Source: an uncultured bacterium | Lineage (GTDB): Bacteria > Chloroflexota > Dormibacteria > Aeolococcales > Aeolococcaceae | Direction of reading: 5' to 3' | NCBI GenBank assembly: GCA_963716555.1 | Contig: CAVQTJ010000018.1 | Location: forward strand, 263,530 to 327,529 | DNA length: 64,000 nt | Notes under the pieces: model-generated | What the model was told of the DNA's origin: nothing | Databases searched by the model: none | Seen by the model: the letters and a program-made list of their open reading frames with translations, nothing else | In this document: in pieces, positions 20,119 through 29,861 of the stretch | Position numbering within the stretch: the first letter of the stretch is position 1 | Layout: every line of letters starts with the position of its first letter | Made by a program: the position numbers and the translations under genes

Positions 20119-21303
20119 ATGACCGTGGCAATCCACCCGATCAACCGCCTGGTGGGGGTGGCGGCCGCCCCCCTGATCCTGGGAGGGTTGCTCGCCGGCT
20201 GCGGAAGTCCGTCCTCCTCGCTCAGGACCACCGGCACCTCGACCGTGTCGACCCCGTCCTCATCGCCAGGCCCCACATCCTCCGCGGCCACGCCCACCGC
20301 CGCCCCGACCCCCATCGCCGGATTCCAGGTGGCCTCGGTGACCTTCGTCTCAGCCCAGGACGGATGGGTGCTGGGGACGGCAACCTGCTCCTCGGGGAGC
20401 TGCCTGGCCATCGCCCGCACCCAGGACGGGGGCAGCACCTGGACCAGCGTCGGCCCGCCACCGACCAGCTTCGAAACCGAGGGGGCGAGCACCGGCGTCT
20501 CCGGGATCCGCTTCGCCAACCAGCAGGATGGCTGGGTTTACGGCGGACAGCTGTGGGCCACCCGCGACGGCGGGACCACCTGGACCGAGGTCGCCCTCGC
20601 AGGCCTGAGCTCGACCGGCGAGAATCCCGCCATCCAGGCTCTGGAGACCTCCGCCGGCCAGGTCCAGGCGGTCTACTTCGGAAGCAGCGGGTTCCGCATC
20701 GCCACCAGCTCGGTGGCCGGCAACTCCTGGTCGGTCTCGGCGACCGGGGTGGCCTTCGGCGCCGGCCCGGTGCCCGCGGCCCAGCTGGTGGTCCAGGGCG
20801 CGGCCGGCTGGGCGGTCGAGAACGACCGGGTGGCGACCGGGGGCGCTCGCCTGCAGGCCGGCGCATGGGTCGCATGGACACCGCCCTGCTCCACCGTGGA
20901 AGGGCCGGCGACCCTGGCGGCCTCCAGCTCGCAGAACCTGATCGCGGTCTGTGACGACGGTCTGTGGGGCGGTGGCAGCCCGACCGAACGCGCCTACGCC
21001 TCCACCAACGGAGGAGCCAGCTTCAGCCAGTTGGCGGCACCGCTGCCGTCCGCCTGCCAGGGCGCGGCGCTGGCAAGCCCGAGCAGCTCGGTGGCGGCCA
21101 CCGGATGCGGAGCCGGCATCGAGGCCACCTTCAACGGCGGCTCGACCTGGACCAGCGTCTTCTCGGGAAGCGGGGCCATCACCTACCTTGGTTTCACCAC
21201 CTCCAGCCAGGGAGTCGCCGTCGATGCCGGGTCGGGCAGCAACTTGGGCAGCCTGCTGATGACCAAGGACGGTGGCCACACCTGGGTGCCGGTCACGGTC
21301 TGA
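20119..21303 (+). CDS. Lipoprotein with BNR/Asp-box (YCF48-like) beta-propeller
   Basis: LLAGC lipobox, S/T/P-rich linker, five T.(D/N)GG.(T/S)(W/F) boxes. Confidence 0.8.
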   Translation: MTVAIHPINRLVGVAAAPLILGGLLAGCGSPSSSLRTTGTSTVSTPSSSPGPTSSAATPTAAPTPIAGFQVASVTFVSAQDGWVLGTATCSSGSCLAIARTQDGGSTWTSVGPPPTSFETEGASTGVSGIRFANQQDGWVYGGQLWATRDGGTTWTEVALAGLSSTGENPAIQALETSAGQVQAVYFGSSGFRIATSSVAGNSWSVSATGVAFGAGPVPAAQLVVQGAAGWAVENDRVATGGARLQAGAWVAWTPPCSTVEGPATLAASSSQNLIAVCDDGLWGGGSPTERAYASTNGGASFSQLAAPLPSACQGAALASPSSSVAATGCGAGIEATFNGGSTWTSVFSGSGAITYLGFTTSSQGVAVDAGSGSNLGSLLMTKDGGHTWVPVTV

Positions 21304-21309
21304 GCCTGG

Positions 21310-22296
21310 TCAGGAAGCTGCCGTCACCAGGAGGGCGGCGCCGACCGCTCCGCCCAGGTCACCCAGCCCGGCGACCAGCACCTCGGGGGCCCGCTGGGGG
21401 AGGAAGAGGTGGGGTCGCATCGCCCCCGCGATCCGCTCGGCGTAGGGCTGGCCGAGGCGAATCCCCAGCCCGCCCTCGATGATCACGGTCCCGATGTCGA
21501 GCAGGTTGATCGCCGAGGCGATCCCCGTGCCCAGCGCGGAGACGGCGCCGTCGATGAGGTCGCGGGCCATGTCGTCCCCCTCCTCGAGGGCCCGGGCCCA
21601 GACCCCGCTGGTCAGCCGCGGCCGGCCCAATTGCTTCATCAACCGGAAGAGGACGGTCTTGTCCCCTCGGTCCGACCGCCGGCGCGCGGTCAGCTCCATG
21701 GCGGCCCGCCCGGCATAGGCCTCGACGCAGCCGCGCCGCCCGCAGGTGCAGGGAGCGCCGTCGCGGACCACCACCATGTGGCCGATCTCACCGGCGGCAC
21801 CCCGGCCTTTCCACTGCCGGCCGTCGAGGATCACGGCACCGCCCACCCCGGTCCCCCACGAGACCCCGAGGAACGACCCGCGACCGCGTCCCGCCCCGAG
21901 GCGGAGCTCGGCCAGGTTGGCCACCTGCACGTCATTGCCGAGGCGGACCGGACAGCCGATGATCTGGCCCAGGCGCTCACCGAGCGCGAAGGTGCCCTCC
22001 CACGCCGGGAGGTTCCGCGCTTGGGAGACTGTCCCCGCCACGGCGTCGATGCTGCCCGGCGAGCCGACCCCGACGCCGATCAGGTGCCGGGAGGCGGTGC
22101 CCGCCTTGGTGGCGGCGTCGCCGATGGCCCCGGCCAGGGCCTCGGTCACGGTCTCGGGACCGCCCTCGGTGGGGGTTGGGCGCCTGGCCTCGCCGACCAC
22201 CTGGTTGGAGCGGGAGACGACCACCGCCTGGATCTTGGTGCCGCCCAGGTCGATCCCACCCCTCAGCGCCCCGTTGCCGCGTGCGGTGCTGGCCAC
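21310..22296 (-). CDS. ROK family sugar kinase (glucokinase-like)
   Basis: GIDLGGTK, LGNDV, GTGVGG, GEIGHM and CTCGRRGCVEAYA motifs. Confidence 0.92.
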   Translation of the reverse strand: MASTARGNGALRGGIDLGGTKIQAVVVSRSNQVVGEARRPTPTEGGPETVTEALAGAIGDAATKAGTASRHLIGVGVGSPGSIDAVAGTVSQARNLPAWEGTFALGERLGQIIGCPVRLGNDVQVANLAELRLGAGRGRGSFLGVSWGTGVGGAVILDGRQWKGRGAAGEIGHMVVVRDGAPCTCGRRGCVEAYAGRAAMELTARRRSDRGDKTVLFRLMKQLGRPRLTSGVWARALEEGDDMARDLIDGAVSALGTGIASAINLLDIGTVIIEGGLGIRLGQPYAERIAGAMRPHLFLPQRAPEVLVAGLGDLGGAVGAALLVTAAS

Positions 22297-22386
22297 CCGA
22301 GCCTCCCATCCGTCGTCGTGCCGGTCCCCGTGCCGTCTCAACCATACTGGTGCGCGCCCGGGAGGGGACGGAAGGAGGAGCCGAGC

Positions 22387-23406
22387 ATGCAGTTGGGAAT
22401 GGTCGGTCTGGGGCGCATGGGCGCCAACCTCGTGCGCCGTCTGACGCGCGACGGGCACCAATGCGTGGTGTACGACGTCGACCCGGCGGCGGTTGCCCGG
22501 CTGAAGGCCGACGGTGCGGCGGGCACCGCCTCCCTGGACGAGTTCGTGGCCGCCCTCTCCCCCCCGCGCACCGCCTGGCTGATGGTGCCGGCGGGTCTGA
22601 CCGGCGACACCGCCGACGCGGTGGCCGCGCGGATGAGCCGCGGCGACGTGATCATCGACGGCGGCAACAGCTATTACCGCGACGACATCGAGAGGGCGGA
22701 GCGGCTGGCCGCCTCGGGCATCCACTACGTGGATGTCGGCACCAGCGGCGGCGTGTTCGGGCTGGAGCGTGGTTTCTGTCTGATGATCGGGGGCGAGAGC
22801 GCGACCGTGCAGCGGCTCGACCCCATCTTCCGCAGCATCGCCCCCGGGGTGGGCGCCGCTCCCCGGACCGCCGGCCGCGAGGGCGATCCCTCCCCGTCCG
22901 AGCACGGCTACCTGCACTGCGGCCCCCACGGTGCCGGACATTTTGTCAAGATGGTCCATAACGGGATCGAGTACGGAATGATGGCCGCCTACGCCGAGGG
23001 GCTCAACATCCTCCACAAGGCCAACGTCGGGGCGATCGTTCACGGCGCGAGCGCCGAGGAGACGCCGCTCCGCGAACCTCAGTACTACAGATATGACCTG
23101 CCCCTCCCCGAGGTGGCCGAGGTCTGGCGGCGGGGCAGCGTCATCGCCTCCTGGCTGCTGGACCTGACCGCCGATGCGCTGCACCGTTCGCCCGACCTCG
23201 CCGACCTGGCCGGCCGGGTCTCGGATTCGGGCGAGGGGAGATGGACGGTGCTCGCGGCGGTCGACGAAGGGGTGCCTGCCCACGTTCTCAGCGCCGCGCT
23301 CTTTGACCGCTTCAGCTCTCGAGGTGAGGCCGACTTCGCCGATCGCCTGCTCTCGGCGATGCGCCGGGAGTTCGGCGGCCACGTCGAGCTGCCCGCGGGA
23401 GGCTAG
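22387..23406 (+). CDS. gnd: 6-phosphogluconate dehydrogenase, decarboxylating (short YqeC type)
   Basis: GLGRMG, IDGGNS, GHFVKMVHNGIEYG, VSDSGEGRW and AMRREFGGH motifs; AAGGAGG SD. Confidence 0.95.
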   Translation: MQLGMVGLGRMGANLVRRLTRDGHQCVVYDVDPAAVARLKADGAAGTASLDEFVAALSPPRTAWLMVPAGLTGDTADAVAARMSRGDVIIDGGNSYYRDDIERAERLAASGIHYVDVGTSGGVFGLERGFCLMIGGESATVQRLDPIFRSIAPGVGAAPRTAGREGDPSPSEHGYLHCGPHGAGHFVKMVHNGIEYGMMAAYAEGLNILHKANVGAIVHGASAEETPLREPQYYRYDLPLPEVAEVWRRGSVIASWLLDLTADALHRSPDLADLAGRVSDSGEGRWTVLAAVDEGVPAHVLSAALFDRFSSRGEADFADRLLSAMRREFGGHVELPAGG

Positions 23407-23461
23407 CGACCCCTCGCGTCGAGCTGCCGGAGTGCGGGCCTTCCCGATCCTGGCCCCCGGG

Positions 23462-23539
23462 GGGCACGTCGGGGCGGCGATCAGTTGACGCCGCCCCGCC
23501 CGCCCTCCTCCCCCAGCCGGGGAGCTAACACCCGTGCCC
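23462..23539 (-). ncRNA. Candidate 78-nt structured small RNA (unassigned)
   Basis: Starts just downstream of an orphan promoter; ends pair as GGGCACG/CGTGCCC and enclose two hairpins. Confidence 0.4.
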
Positions 23540-23543
23540 GACT

Positions 23544-23572
23544 ATCATGATTTCCCCACTCAGGGCTGTCAA
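23544..23572 (-). promoter_or_regulatory. Orphan sigma70-type promoter
   Basis: Minus strand TTGACA (23572-23567), 17-nt spacer, CATGAT (23549-23544); no downstream minus-strand CDS nearby. Confidence 0.6.
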
Positions 23573-23633
23573 GCTGCAGTCCAGCTTCGCCAGGGGACGA
23601 GGAAACCTCGAGCCACCCGCCCGGCAGCCACCC

Positions 23634-25104
23634 TCACTTGGGAGGGCCGGTGCCCAGGGTGATGGAGGCCGACTGCTGGTTGCCCGAGGCGGTCACCCAG
23701 GTCAGCTTGACGGTCTGGCCCGGCTTCATGTTCACCAGGGCGTTTGAGAGGTCGGCCGAGTCGCTGATCGAGCTGCTGTTCACCGCGGTGATCACGTCGC
23801 CGACTGCGATCCCGGCCTTGGCGGCCGGGCTGCCCGACTGGACACCGGCCACGTAGGCCCCCGAGCTCACCGGCGGCAGCGGCGGGGTGGTCACCGACGA
23901 CGGGTCCGTGACATCGACGCCGATGAGCGGTCCGTACTGGCCGATCACGATGCTGCCACTGGATTTGCCGGACATGATCTCGCCGGCGATCTGCAGGGCC
24001 GCGTCGATGGGGATCGCGAACCCGTCGGTGGAAGCGGACTGGTCGCCGAATCGGGTGCTGCTCTGGGAGCCGGCGGTGTCCATGCCGATGACCTTGCCGG
24101 CGCTGTCCACCAGGGGACCGCCAGAGTCGCCGGGGACGATGTTGGCGTCGGTCTCGATCATTCCGCTGAGGTTCTCGGAGAGGTCGCCGTCGCTGGCGGT
24201 GATCTGCTGGTCGAGGCCGGTGATGGTCCCGCTGGCCTCCGCGGGGGTGCCACCACGGCCGTAGGCGTTGCCCAGGGCCGCCACCGAGTCACCGACGCTC
24301 ACCGAGGACGAATTCCCATACGGCGCCGCGACCAGGCTGGACGGCGGGTTGTTCATCTTGATCACCGCGACGTCGTCGCTGGCGTCATATCCGATCACGG
24401 TGGCCGCGTAGGTCGGGCCCTGGCCGTCGATCTGGACGGTGAGGGACGAACTCGAGCTCGATCACGTGGTTGTTGGTGAGGATGTATCCCTGGGTGTTGA
24501 TGATCGTGCCCGTGCCCTCGGCCAGGCCCCCCTGGTCGACCAGGGTGCTGACCACGTCGACCACCTCGGGATCGACCTTGGCCTCGATCTGGTTGACGTT
24601 GAGGCTGGTGGTCGGGGAGGTGCCGCTTCCGCCCGGGTTGGTGTTCGTCCCACCCGAGTTGGATGTCCCCGGGGTGGCGGTCTGGCGCAGGGCCAGGCCG
24701 ATCCCGGCGCCCACGACCCCCGAGGCGATCGCGATCACCAGCCCCGCGGCGATGGTGACCGGGACCAGCCGGCTTCGCCCCGAGCCGGGCGCCGGAGGCG
24801 GCGGGGGATAGGCGGTGTAGCCGCTGTACCCGGTGTGGTAGGGGCTCTGCCAGGGCTGCTGGGGCTGGCCCCAACCGCTCTGCGGGGGCTGGCTCCAGCC
24901 ACCCTGGTGAGGCTGGTCCCAGCCGCTCTGCGCCGGCTGGTCAGGAGGCAGCTGGACGCCCCAGCCGCCGCTCCGTCCGGGTGCGCCCGGGGCCCCGCCA
25001 CCCCACTGAGCGCCGCCCCAACCAGGCGATCCCCACGGCTCGGACGGTTGCTCAGGAGTGGACGGTGGATTCTCGTCCGGGGCCGGCGGCTGATCGTCAT
25101 TCAC
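23634..25104 (-). CDS. htrA: HtrA/DegP-like membrane serine protease with PDZ domain; frameshift at ~24455
   Basis: P/G/W/Q-rich N-terminus, TM helix, ILTNNHVI; then in a second frame DVAVIK, IVPGDSGGPLV and a PDZ domain (GSPAAKAGI..GDVI). Confidence 0.88.
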
Positions 25105-25156
25105 GTTCTCCACTCTACCCGCAGTGCCTTTCCGGAGCGTGACGTAGACTGAGACG

Positions 25157-25453
25157 GTGCAGGGACGGTTCCACCCCAATCCCAACCTCTCCCCAGCGTC
25201 CCCTCTGGACCGCTTGCTGGGCCTCACCGTGGGGATCGGGCTGCTGGTGGTCGCCGCCGCGGCGGTGGTCGCCGCCCTGATCGCGTGGATCCTGCTGATG
25301 GCCCTCGCCGCCGGATGGGCCGCGCAGGCGGGACCGATCCTCGCCATCTTGCTGGTGGTCGCCATGGCCGGCTTTGCCCTGGCGGTCTGCGCCGCGGGAC
25401 TCTGGTCCCTGCTCCAGATCGGCTCGGTGAGGCGCGCCCTGGGCCTTCGCTAG
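25157..25453 (+). CDS. Small hydrophobic membrane protein
   Basis: TAGACT lies 6 nt before the GTG; two long hydrophobic helices. Confidence 0.6.
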   Translation: MQGRFHPNPNLSPASPLDRLLGLTVGIGLLVVAAAAVVAALIAWILLMALAAGWAAQAGPILAILLVVAMAGFALAVCAAGLWSLLQIGSVRRALGLR

Positions 25454-25508
25454 CGGTCATCCCGTTGCGATGCGCCGGAATGGGCGAAGGAGGGGCGAAG
25501 GCAGGGGG

Positions 25509-26975
25509 GTGAGGGCCCGGCGCGCCGGTCACCGCCGGCCGCTGTGGGCGGATCAGTTGGGCGGTGGGCCCCGGCTGCGCCTGCAGCTTCTGCTCGTGCC
25601 GGTGGCGATCGCCACCTGGCTGGTGCTGCCGGTACCGGCGCTCAGTGCCTTTGTGCCGCCTCCCGACCGGCCCACCGCCCAGCCCGGCCTTCCCTGGCTC
25701 TCGACCGCCAGCGGCCGCATCGTGGACTCCTCCGGACAGACGGTGCTGCTCCACGGGTTCGACGACGACACCCTGCTCGAGTCCACCCAGTACCCAGCAC
25801 CGCTGGATGCCACCGATGCGGAGCTGATGGAGTCTTCCGGATTCGACGTGGTGCGGCTGCCGATCGCCTGGTCCAAGCTCGAGCCCCAGCGCGGCCACTT
25901 CAGCACCTCGTACCTGAACGAGATCGCGAGCCTGGTGGCGATGCTCAACGCCCACCGTCTCTACGTGGTCCTGGACATGCACTTCCTGGGCTGGAGCCCT
26001 GCATTCGGCGGCTCGGGGGCACCGGCCTGGGCCACGCTCGGCTGGGTGCCCGACATCAGGTGGGGCCCGATGCCCTCGGTGACCCGGCTGCTCTCCCCGG
26101 CCATCAACGCCTCCACCGCCTACTTCTGGTTGACCTCGGACTGGCAGGACCAGTTCCTGGCGGCATGGCGGTTCGTGGCCCAGCGCTTCCGCAATGACAG
26201 CGGCATCGCCGGCTACGACATCATCAACGAGCCGCATGCCGTCCCGCTGCCGCCGCTGAGCTTCGACAAGGACCAGCTGTTCCCCTTCTACGTTCGGGCG
26301 GTGACCGGCCTGGGCGCGGAGGACCCCAACCACCTGTTCATCCTCGAGTGCGACGCCCTCGGCGATCTGCCAACCAGCGTGGTGCCGCTCTCGGCCCCCG
26401 ACCTCGTCTACTCCCCGCACCTGTACACCGGGGTGCTCTTCCCGCCGGCATTCGACGGCAGCCCTCAGGCGCTCGACACCCATGTCGCCGAGCTGGAGAA
26501 GGAGGCCGGTGAGCTGCCGGCTCCGATGTGGGTTGGTGAGTTCGGGATCGGCACCAACGCCACGGACGCGGCTCAATGGGCAACCGACGCCCTCAACGCC
26601 CTGGGGGCCGACGGTGCCGGATGGGCCTGGTGGCAGTGGCGCGGCGGCTTCAACCCCGCCTGGAGCATCCGCAGCCGCAACGGCCAGTCCATGAACCTGA
26701 CCTTTCTGCGCCTCCTCGCCCGCCCCTACCTGGCCTCCGCCCCCGCCGGCGCCAGTGCCTCGGGAGGCGACGGGGTCAATGGCCGGCTTGAGGTCAGCGT
26801 GGCCGCCCGCCACGGGGAGGGGGCGATCGAGGTGGCGTGGTCGGCATTGACCCTGGGTGCGCCCACGGTGCGGTCGAGCTGTGCCGCCACCACCTCGTGG
26901 GACGCCTCGATCGCGCGGCTGGTGGTCTCGGTGCCGGCGGGGGCCGCCTGCACGCTTGAGCTCAGCGCGGCGTAG
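25509..26975 (+). CDS. Secreted glycoside hydrolase family 5 (endoglycoceramidase-like)
   Basis: VRLPIAWSKLEP, VVLDMH, acid/base GYDIINEP, YSPHLY, nucleophile WVGEFG and GWAWWQW motifs. Confidence 0.88.
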   Translation: MRARRAGHRRPLWADQLGGGPRLRLQLLLVPVAIATWLVLPVPALSAFVPPPDRPTAQPGLPWLSTASGRIVDSSGQTVLLHGFDDDTLLESTQYPAPLDATDAELMESSGFDVVRLPIAWSKLEPQRGHFSTSYLNEIASLVAMLNAHRLYVVLDMHFLGWSPAFGGSGAPAWATLGWVPDIRWGPMPSVTRLLSPAINASTAYFWLTSDWQDQFLAAWRFVAQRFRNDSGIAGYDIINEPHAVPLPPLSFDKDQLFPFYVRAVTGLGAEDPNHLFILECDALGDLPTSVVPLSAPDLVYSPHLYTGVLFPPAFDGSPQALDTHVAELEKEAGELPAPMWVGEFGIGTNATDAAQWATDALNALGADGAGWAWWQWRGGFNPAWSIRSRNGQSMNLTFLRLLARPYLASAPAGASASGGDGVNGRLEVSVAARHGEGAIEVAWSALTLGAPTVRSSCAATTSWDASIARLVVSVPAGAACTLELSAA

Positions 26976-27600
26976 CCCGCACCGCCTCCACCAGGAAGAC
27001 GGGCACCCCCGGGGCCAGGATGGCCCGCCGCCGCCAGACCGGGAACCCCGCTTCGCGGAGCATGCCGCCGAGCTCGGGCTCGGTCCGGTAGCCACTCCCA
27101 TGGCGGTTGCCATGAGGGCGGATGAGCCGGCCGATGACGCCGAAGCCCAGGATGTCGGCGAGCAGCAGCCGGCCTCCTGGCCGGAGCACCCTGGCCACCT
27201 CGCGAAGCGATGCACCCTGCTGCTCCCAATGGTGGAAGGAGAGGGTGGTGGTGACCGCATCGACGCTGCCGTCGCCGAGCGGCAGGTGATCAGCGCTGCT
27301 CACCTCCAGCCGGACCCGCGGGTCGTCGCGGAAGCGGCCGCGGGCCACCGCGATCATGCCCTCGGAGGGGTCGATACCGATCAGCTCGGCCTCGGGCAGG
27401 AGCCGGCGAAGGGCTTCCAACAGCTGCCCGGTGCCGCAGCCGATGTCGACCACCCGCTGGGTCGTACCCGCCACCGCGCTCAGCGCCCGGGCCACCGGGC
27501 GGTGGATGGCCCGGAAGAAGAGCGGCGCTGGGCCCCTGTCGTAGTCGGCCGCCCAGCGGTCGAATCGGGCGATCTCGCTCTCGGGCGGTGGTTTGGTCAC
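26962..27600 (-). CDS. Class I SAM-dependent methyltransferase
   Basis: VDIGCGTG, GIDPSEGM, SFHHW and RVLRPGG motifs. Confidence 0.9.
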   Translation of the reverse strand: MTKPPPESEIARFDRWAADYDRGPAPLFFRAIHRPVARALSAVAGTTQRVVDIGCGTGQLLEALRRLLPEAELIGIDPSEGMIAVARGRFRDDPRVRLEVSSADHLPLGDGSVDAVTTTLSFHHWEQQGASLREVARVLRPGGRLLLADILGFGVIGRLIRPHGNRHGSGYRTEPELGGMLREAGFPVWRRRAILAPGVPVFLVEAVRATPR

Positions 27601-28058
27601 GGCTCCGTCAGGAGGAAGATGGCCTCGATCTCCAGGGCGGCGCCGAGGGGTAGCTCGGCCACACCGATGGCACTGCGAGCGTGGCGGCCGGCCTCTCCAA
27701 AGATCTCCACCAGCCGGGCGGAGGCCCCGTTGACCACCGCCGGTTGCTGGTCGAAGCCCGCCGCGCCCCGGACGAAGCCGACCAGCTTGACCACGCCGGC
27801 CAGCCGGTCCGCGCCGCCGGCGGCCTCGGCCGCGGTTGCCACCAGATCGAGGGCCAGGGAGCGGGCCAGCTGGTGGGCCTCCTCGACGTTCAGGTCCTCG
27901 CCCACCCGGCCATTGACCACCCGTCCACCGCGCTTGCCCAGGTGGCCGGAGACGTGGAGCAGCGCCCCGGCGCGGCGGGCGGGCACGTAGCTCCCCATCG
28001 GGGCCGTTGGGGCCGGGAGCGTGATGCCCAGCTCGGCCAGTCGCTCGGTGACGGTCAA
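27597..28058 (-). CDS. RidA/YjgF family protein
   Basis: RLAELGITLP, VSGHL, VNGAS and GRHARSAIGVAELP motifs. Confidence 0.9.
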   Translation of the reverse strand: MTVTERLAELGITLPAPTAPMGSYVPARRAGALLHVSGHLGKRGGRVVNGRVGEDLNVEEAHQLARSLALDLVATAAEAAGGADRLAGVVKLVGFVRGAAGFDQQPAVVNGASARLVEIFGEAGRHARSAIGVAELPLGAALEIEAIFLLTEP

Positions 28059-28955
28059 CTAATAGTCCCGGAGGTAGGCGCAGCTCTCGGCGAAGCGCCT
28101 GGGGGTGAATCCGAACGCGGTGCGGACCGCCTCGGTGATGGTGATGTTGTTGCGTCCCAGCAGGTCGAGCTGGCTGGGGGTGACCATGGGGTCGCGGAAG
28201 AGCTTCGCCATCACCGCGGCCATCGGCTTGATGGCCATGACCGGAACATGGACATTGATCCGGGGAAGGACGACGACCTGACCCTTGATGATGTCGATGA
28301 TCTGCTCGTAGCTCAGGTGGTCCGGGCCGCCGATCTCGATCGCCTGCCCGGACGGCCCCCGCTCGAGCGCGGTGGCGATGCAGCGGGCCACGTCCTGCAC
28401 CGCGATCGGCTGGAAGAGGGTCCGGCCGTCCCCGGCGATGGGCAGCGGCGCCATCGGCGGGGTGCGGCGCACCAGCTTGGTGAGCTTGGTGAAGAAGCCG
28501 TCGCCGGGGCCGAAGATCAGGCTGGAGCGGACGATGGTGTGGGGGACGCCGGAGATCAGGATCGCCTGCTCGCCCGCCCACTTGCTCGCCAGGTAGGCGA
28601 AGTGGGGGTCGGGGTCGGCGCCCAGGGCGCTGAGGTGGACCAGGTGAGCGAGGCCCGCCTCCCTGGCGGCTCGGGCGACGTTGGCGGTGCCCTGACGGTT
28701 GACCCTCTCGAAGGTCTGCGAGCCCCGCTCCACGATGATGGCCACCAGGTGGACCACCGCGTCGCAACCGGCGAGGGCCTCGACCAGGCCGCTGCCGCTG
28801 ACCACGTCGGCGCGAACCAGGCGGACGTTGGGCCGGGTGGCCCGGCGCACCCGCCGGCCGCGGGAGATCAGTACCAGCTCGTGCCCCCGCTCCGAGAGCA
28901 GGGCGGTCAGGTGGCTGCCGACGAACCCGGTGCCGCCGGTGATGGCGATCCGCAC
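28059..28955 (-). CDS. NDUFA9-like atypical SDR/NAD-dependent epimerase
   Basis: ITGGTGFVG, HLSALGA, YLASKWAGE and FQPIAVQDVA motifs. Confidence 0.88.
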   Translation of the reverse strand: MRIAITGGTGFVGSHLTALLSERGHELVLISRGRRVRRATRPNVRLVRADVVSGSGLVEALAGCDAVVHLVAIIVERGSQTFERVNRQGTANVARAAREAGLAHLVHLSALGADPDPHFAYLASKWAGEQAILISGVPHTIVRSSLIFGPGDGFFTKLTKLVRRTPPMAPLPIAGDGRTLFQPIAVQDVARCIATALERGPSGQAIEIGGPDHLSYEQIIDIIKGQVVVLPRINVHVPVMAIKPMAAVMAKLFRDPMVTPSQLDLLGRNNITITEAVRTAFGFTPRRFAESCAYLRDY

Positions 28956-29074
28956 CGGCACAGGGTACGGAAAGCCGGCGCCGGGATGCCCGGCCGCCCC
29001 GCTGGGTTGCGCCCGCCGGCCGCCAGCCGGTTCGAGCACCCGGGCGGGCGCGACCGGCTGCTAACTTCCGACCC

Positions 29075-29857
29075 ATGCGGCTCACCCGGCGCGGCCCCAG
29101 CAAGGTCCCCGAGGTCATCACCGCCTACTTCTGGATCATCAAGGTCCTCACCACCGCGATGGGAGAGGCCACCTCCGACTTCATGGTCCACGCCATGAAT
29201 CCGTATGCCGCGGTGGGGATCGGGGCGGTGGGCTTCGCCATCGTCATGACCCTGCAGCTCTCGGTCCGCCGGTACATCGCCGCGATGTACTGGCTGGCAG
29301 TGGTGATGGTGGCGGTCTTCGGCACCATGGTCGCCGATGCTCTGCACATCCAGCTGGGCATCCCCTACGCGGTCTCGACCATTGGGTTCGCGATCGCAGT
29401 GGCGGTGGTCTTCGTCGCCTGGCGCCGCACCGAGGGGACGCTCTCGATCCACAGCATCGTCACCCCGCGACGTGAGCTCTTCTACTGGGCGGCGGTGCTC
29501 GCCACCTTTGCCCTGGGGACGGCGTGGGGGGACCTGACCGCCTACACGTTCAAGCTCGGTTTCCTGGGGGCCGGGTTGCTGTTCGCGGCAGTGTTCGCCA
29601 TCCCGGGGATCGCCCGCCTCGCGGGCCTCAACAGCGTGGTGGCGTTCTGGTTCGCGTACATCATCACGCGGCCTCTGGGGGCATCATTCGCGGACTGGAT
29701 CGGGGTGCCGGCGAGCCTGGGCGGGCTCAACTGGGGGAGGGGGACGGTGAGCCTGCTGTTCACCGGGGCCATCGTGGTCTTCGTGGCGTATCTGTCGCTG
29801 AGCCGGGTCGATGTGGCCGGGGTTCGTCAGGGGAGCTCGGTCGCGGAGCCCGCCTGA
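29075..29857 (+). CDS. COG4705/DUF347 membrane-anchored protein
   Basis: KVPEV..YFWIIKVLTTAMGE, RRELFYW, TFALGTA.GD and TRPLGASFAD motifs. Confidence 0.85.
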   Translation: MRLTRRGPSKVPEVITAYFWIIKVLTTAMGEATSDFMVHAMNPYAAVGIGAVGFAIVMTLQLSVRRYIAAMYWLAVVMVAVFGTMVADALHIQLGIPYAVSTIGFAIAVAVVFVAWRRTEGTLSIHSIVTPRRELFYWAAVLATFALGTAWGDLTAYTFKLGFLGAGLLFAAVFAIPGIARLAGLNSVVAFWFAYIITRPLGASFADWIGVPASLGGLNWGRGTVSLLFTGAIVVFVAYLSLSRVDVAGVRQGSSVAEPA

Positions 29858-29861
29858 GAGC

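Noticed and set aside
23462-23539. tRNA, SRP RNA or 6C RNA
   Set aside because: No TTCGA T-loop or anticodon arm, no SRP helix-8 motif and no paired C-rich loops
24780-25060. Tandem DNA repeats in the htrA 5' region
   Set aside because: Explained by the Q/P/G/W-rich low-complexity N-terminus (QSGW.QP units) common in HtrA proteins
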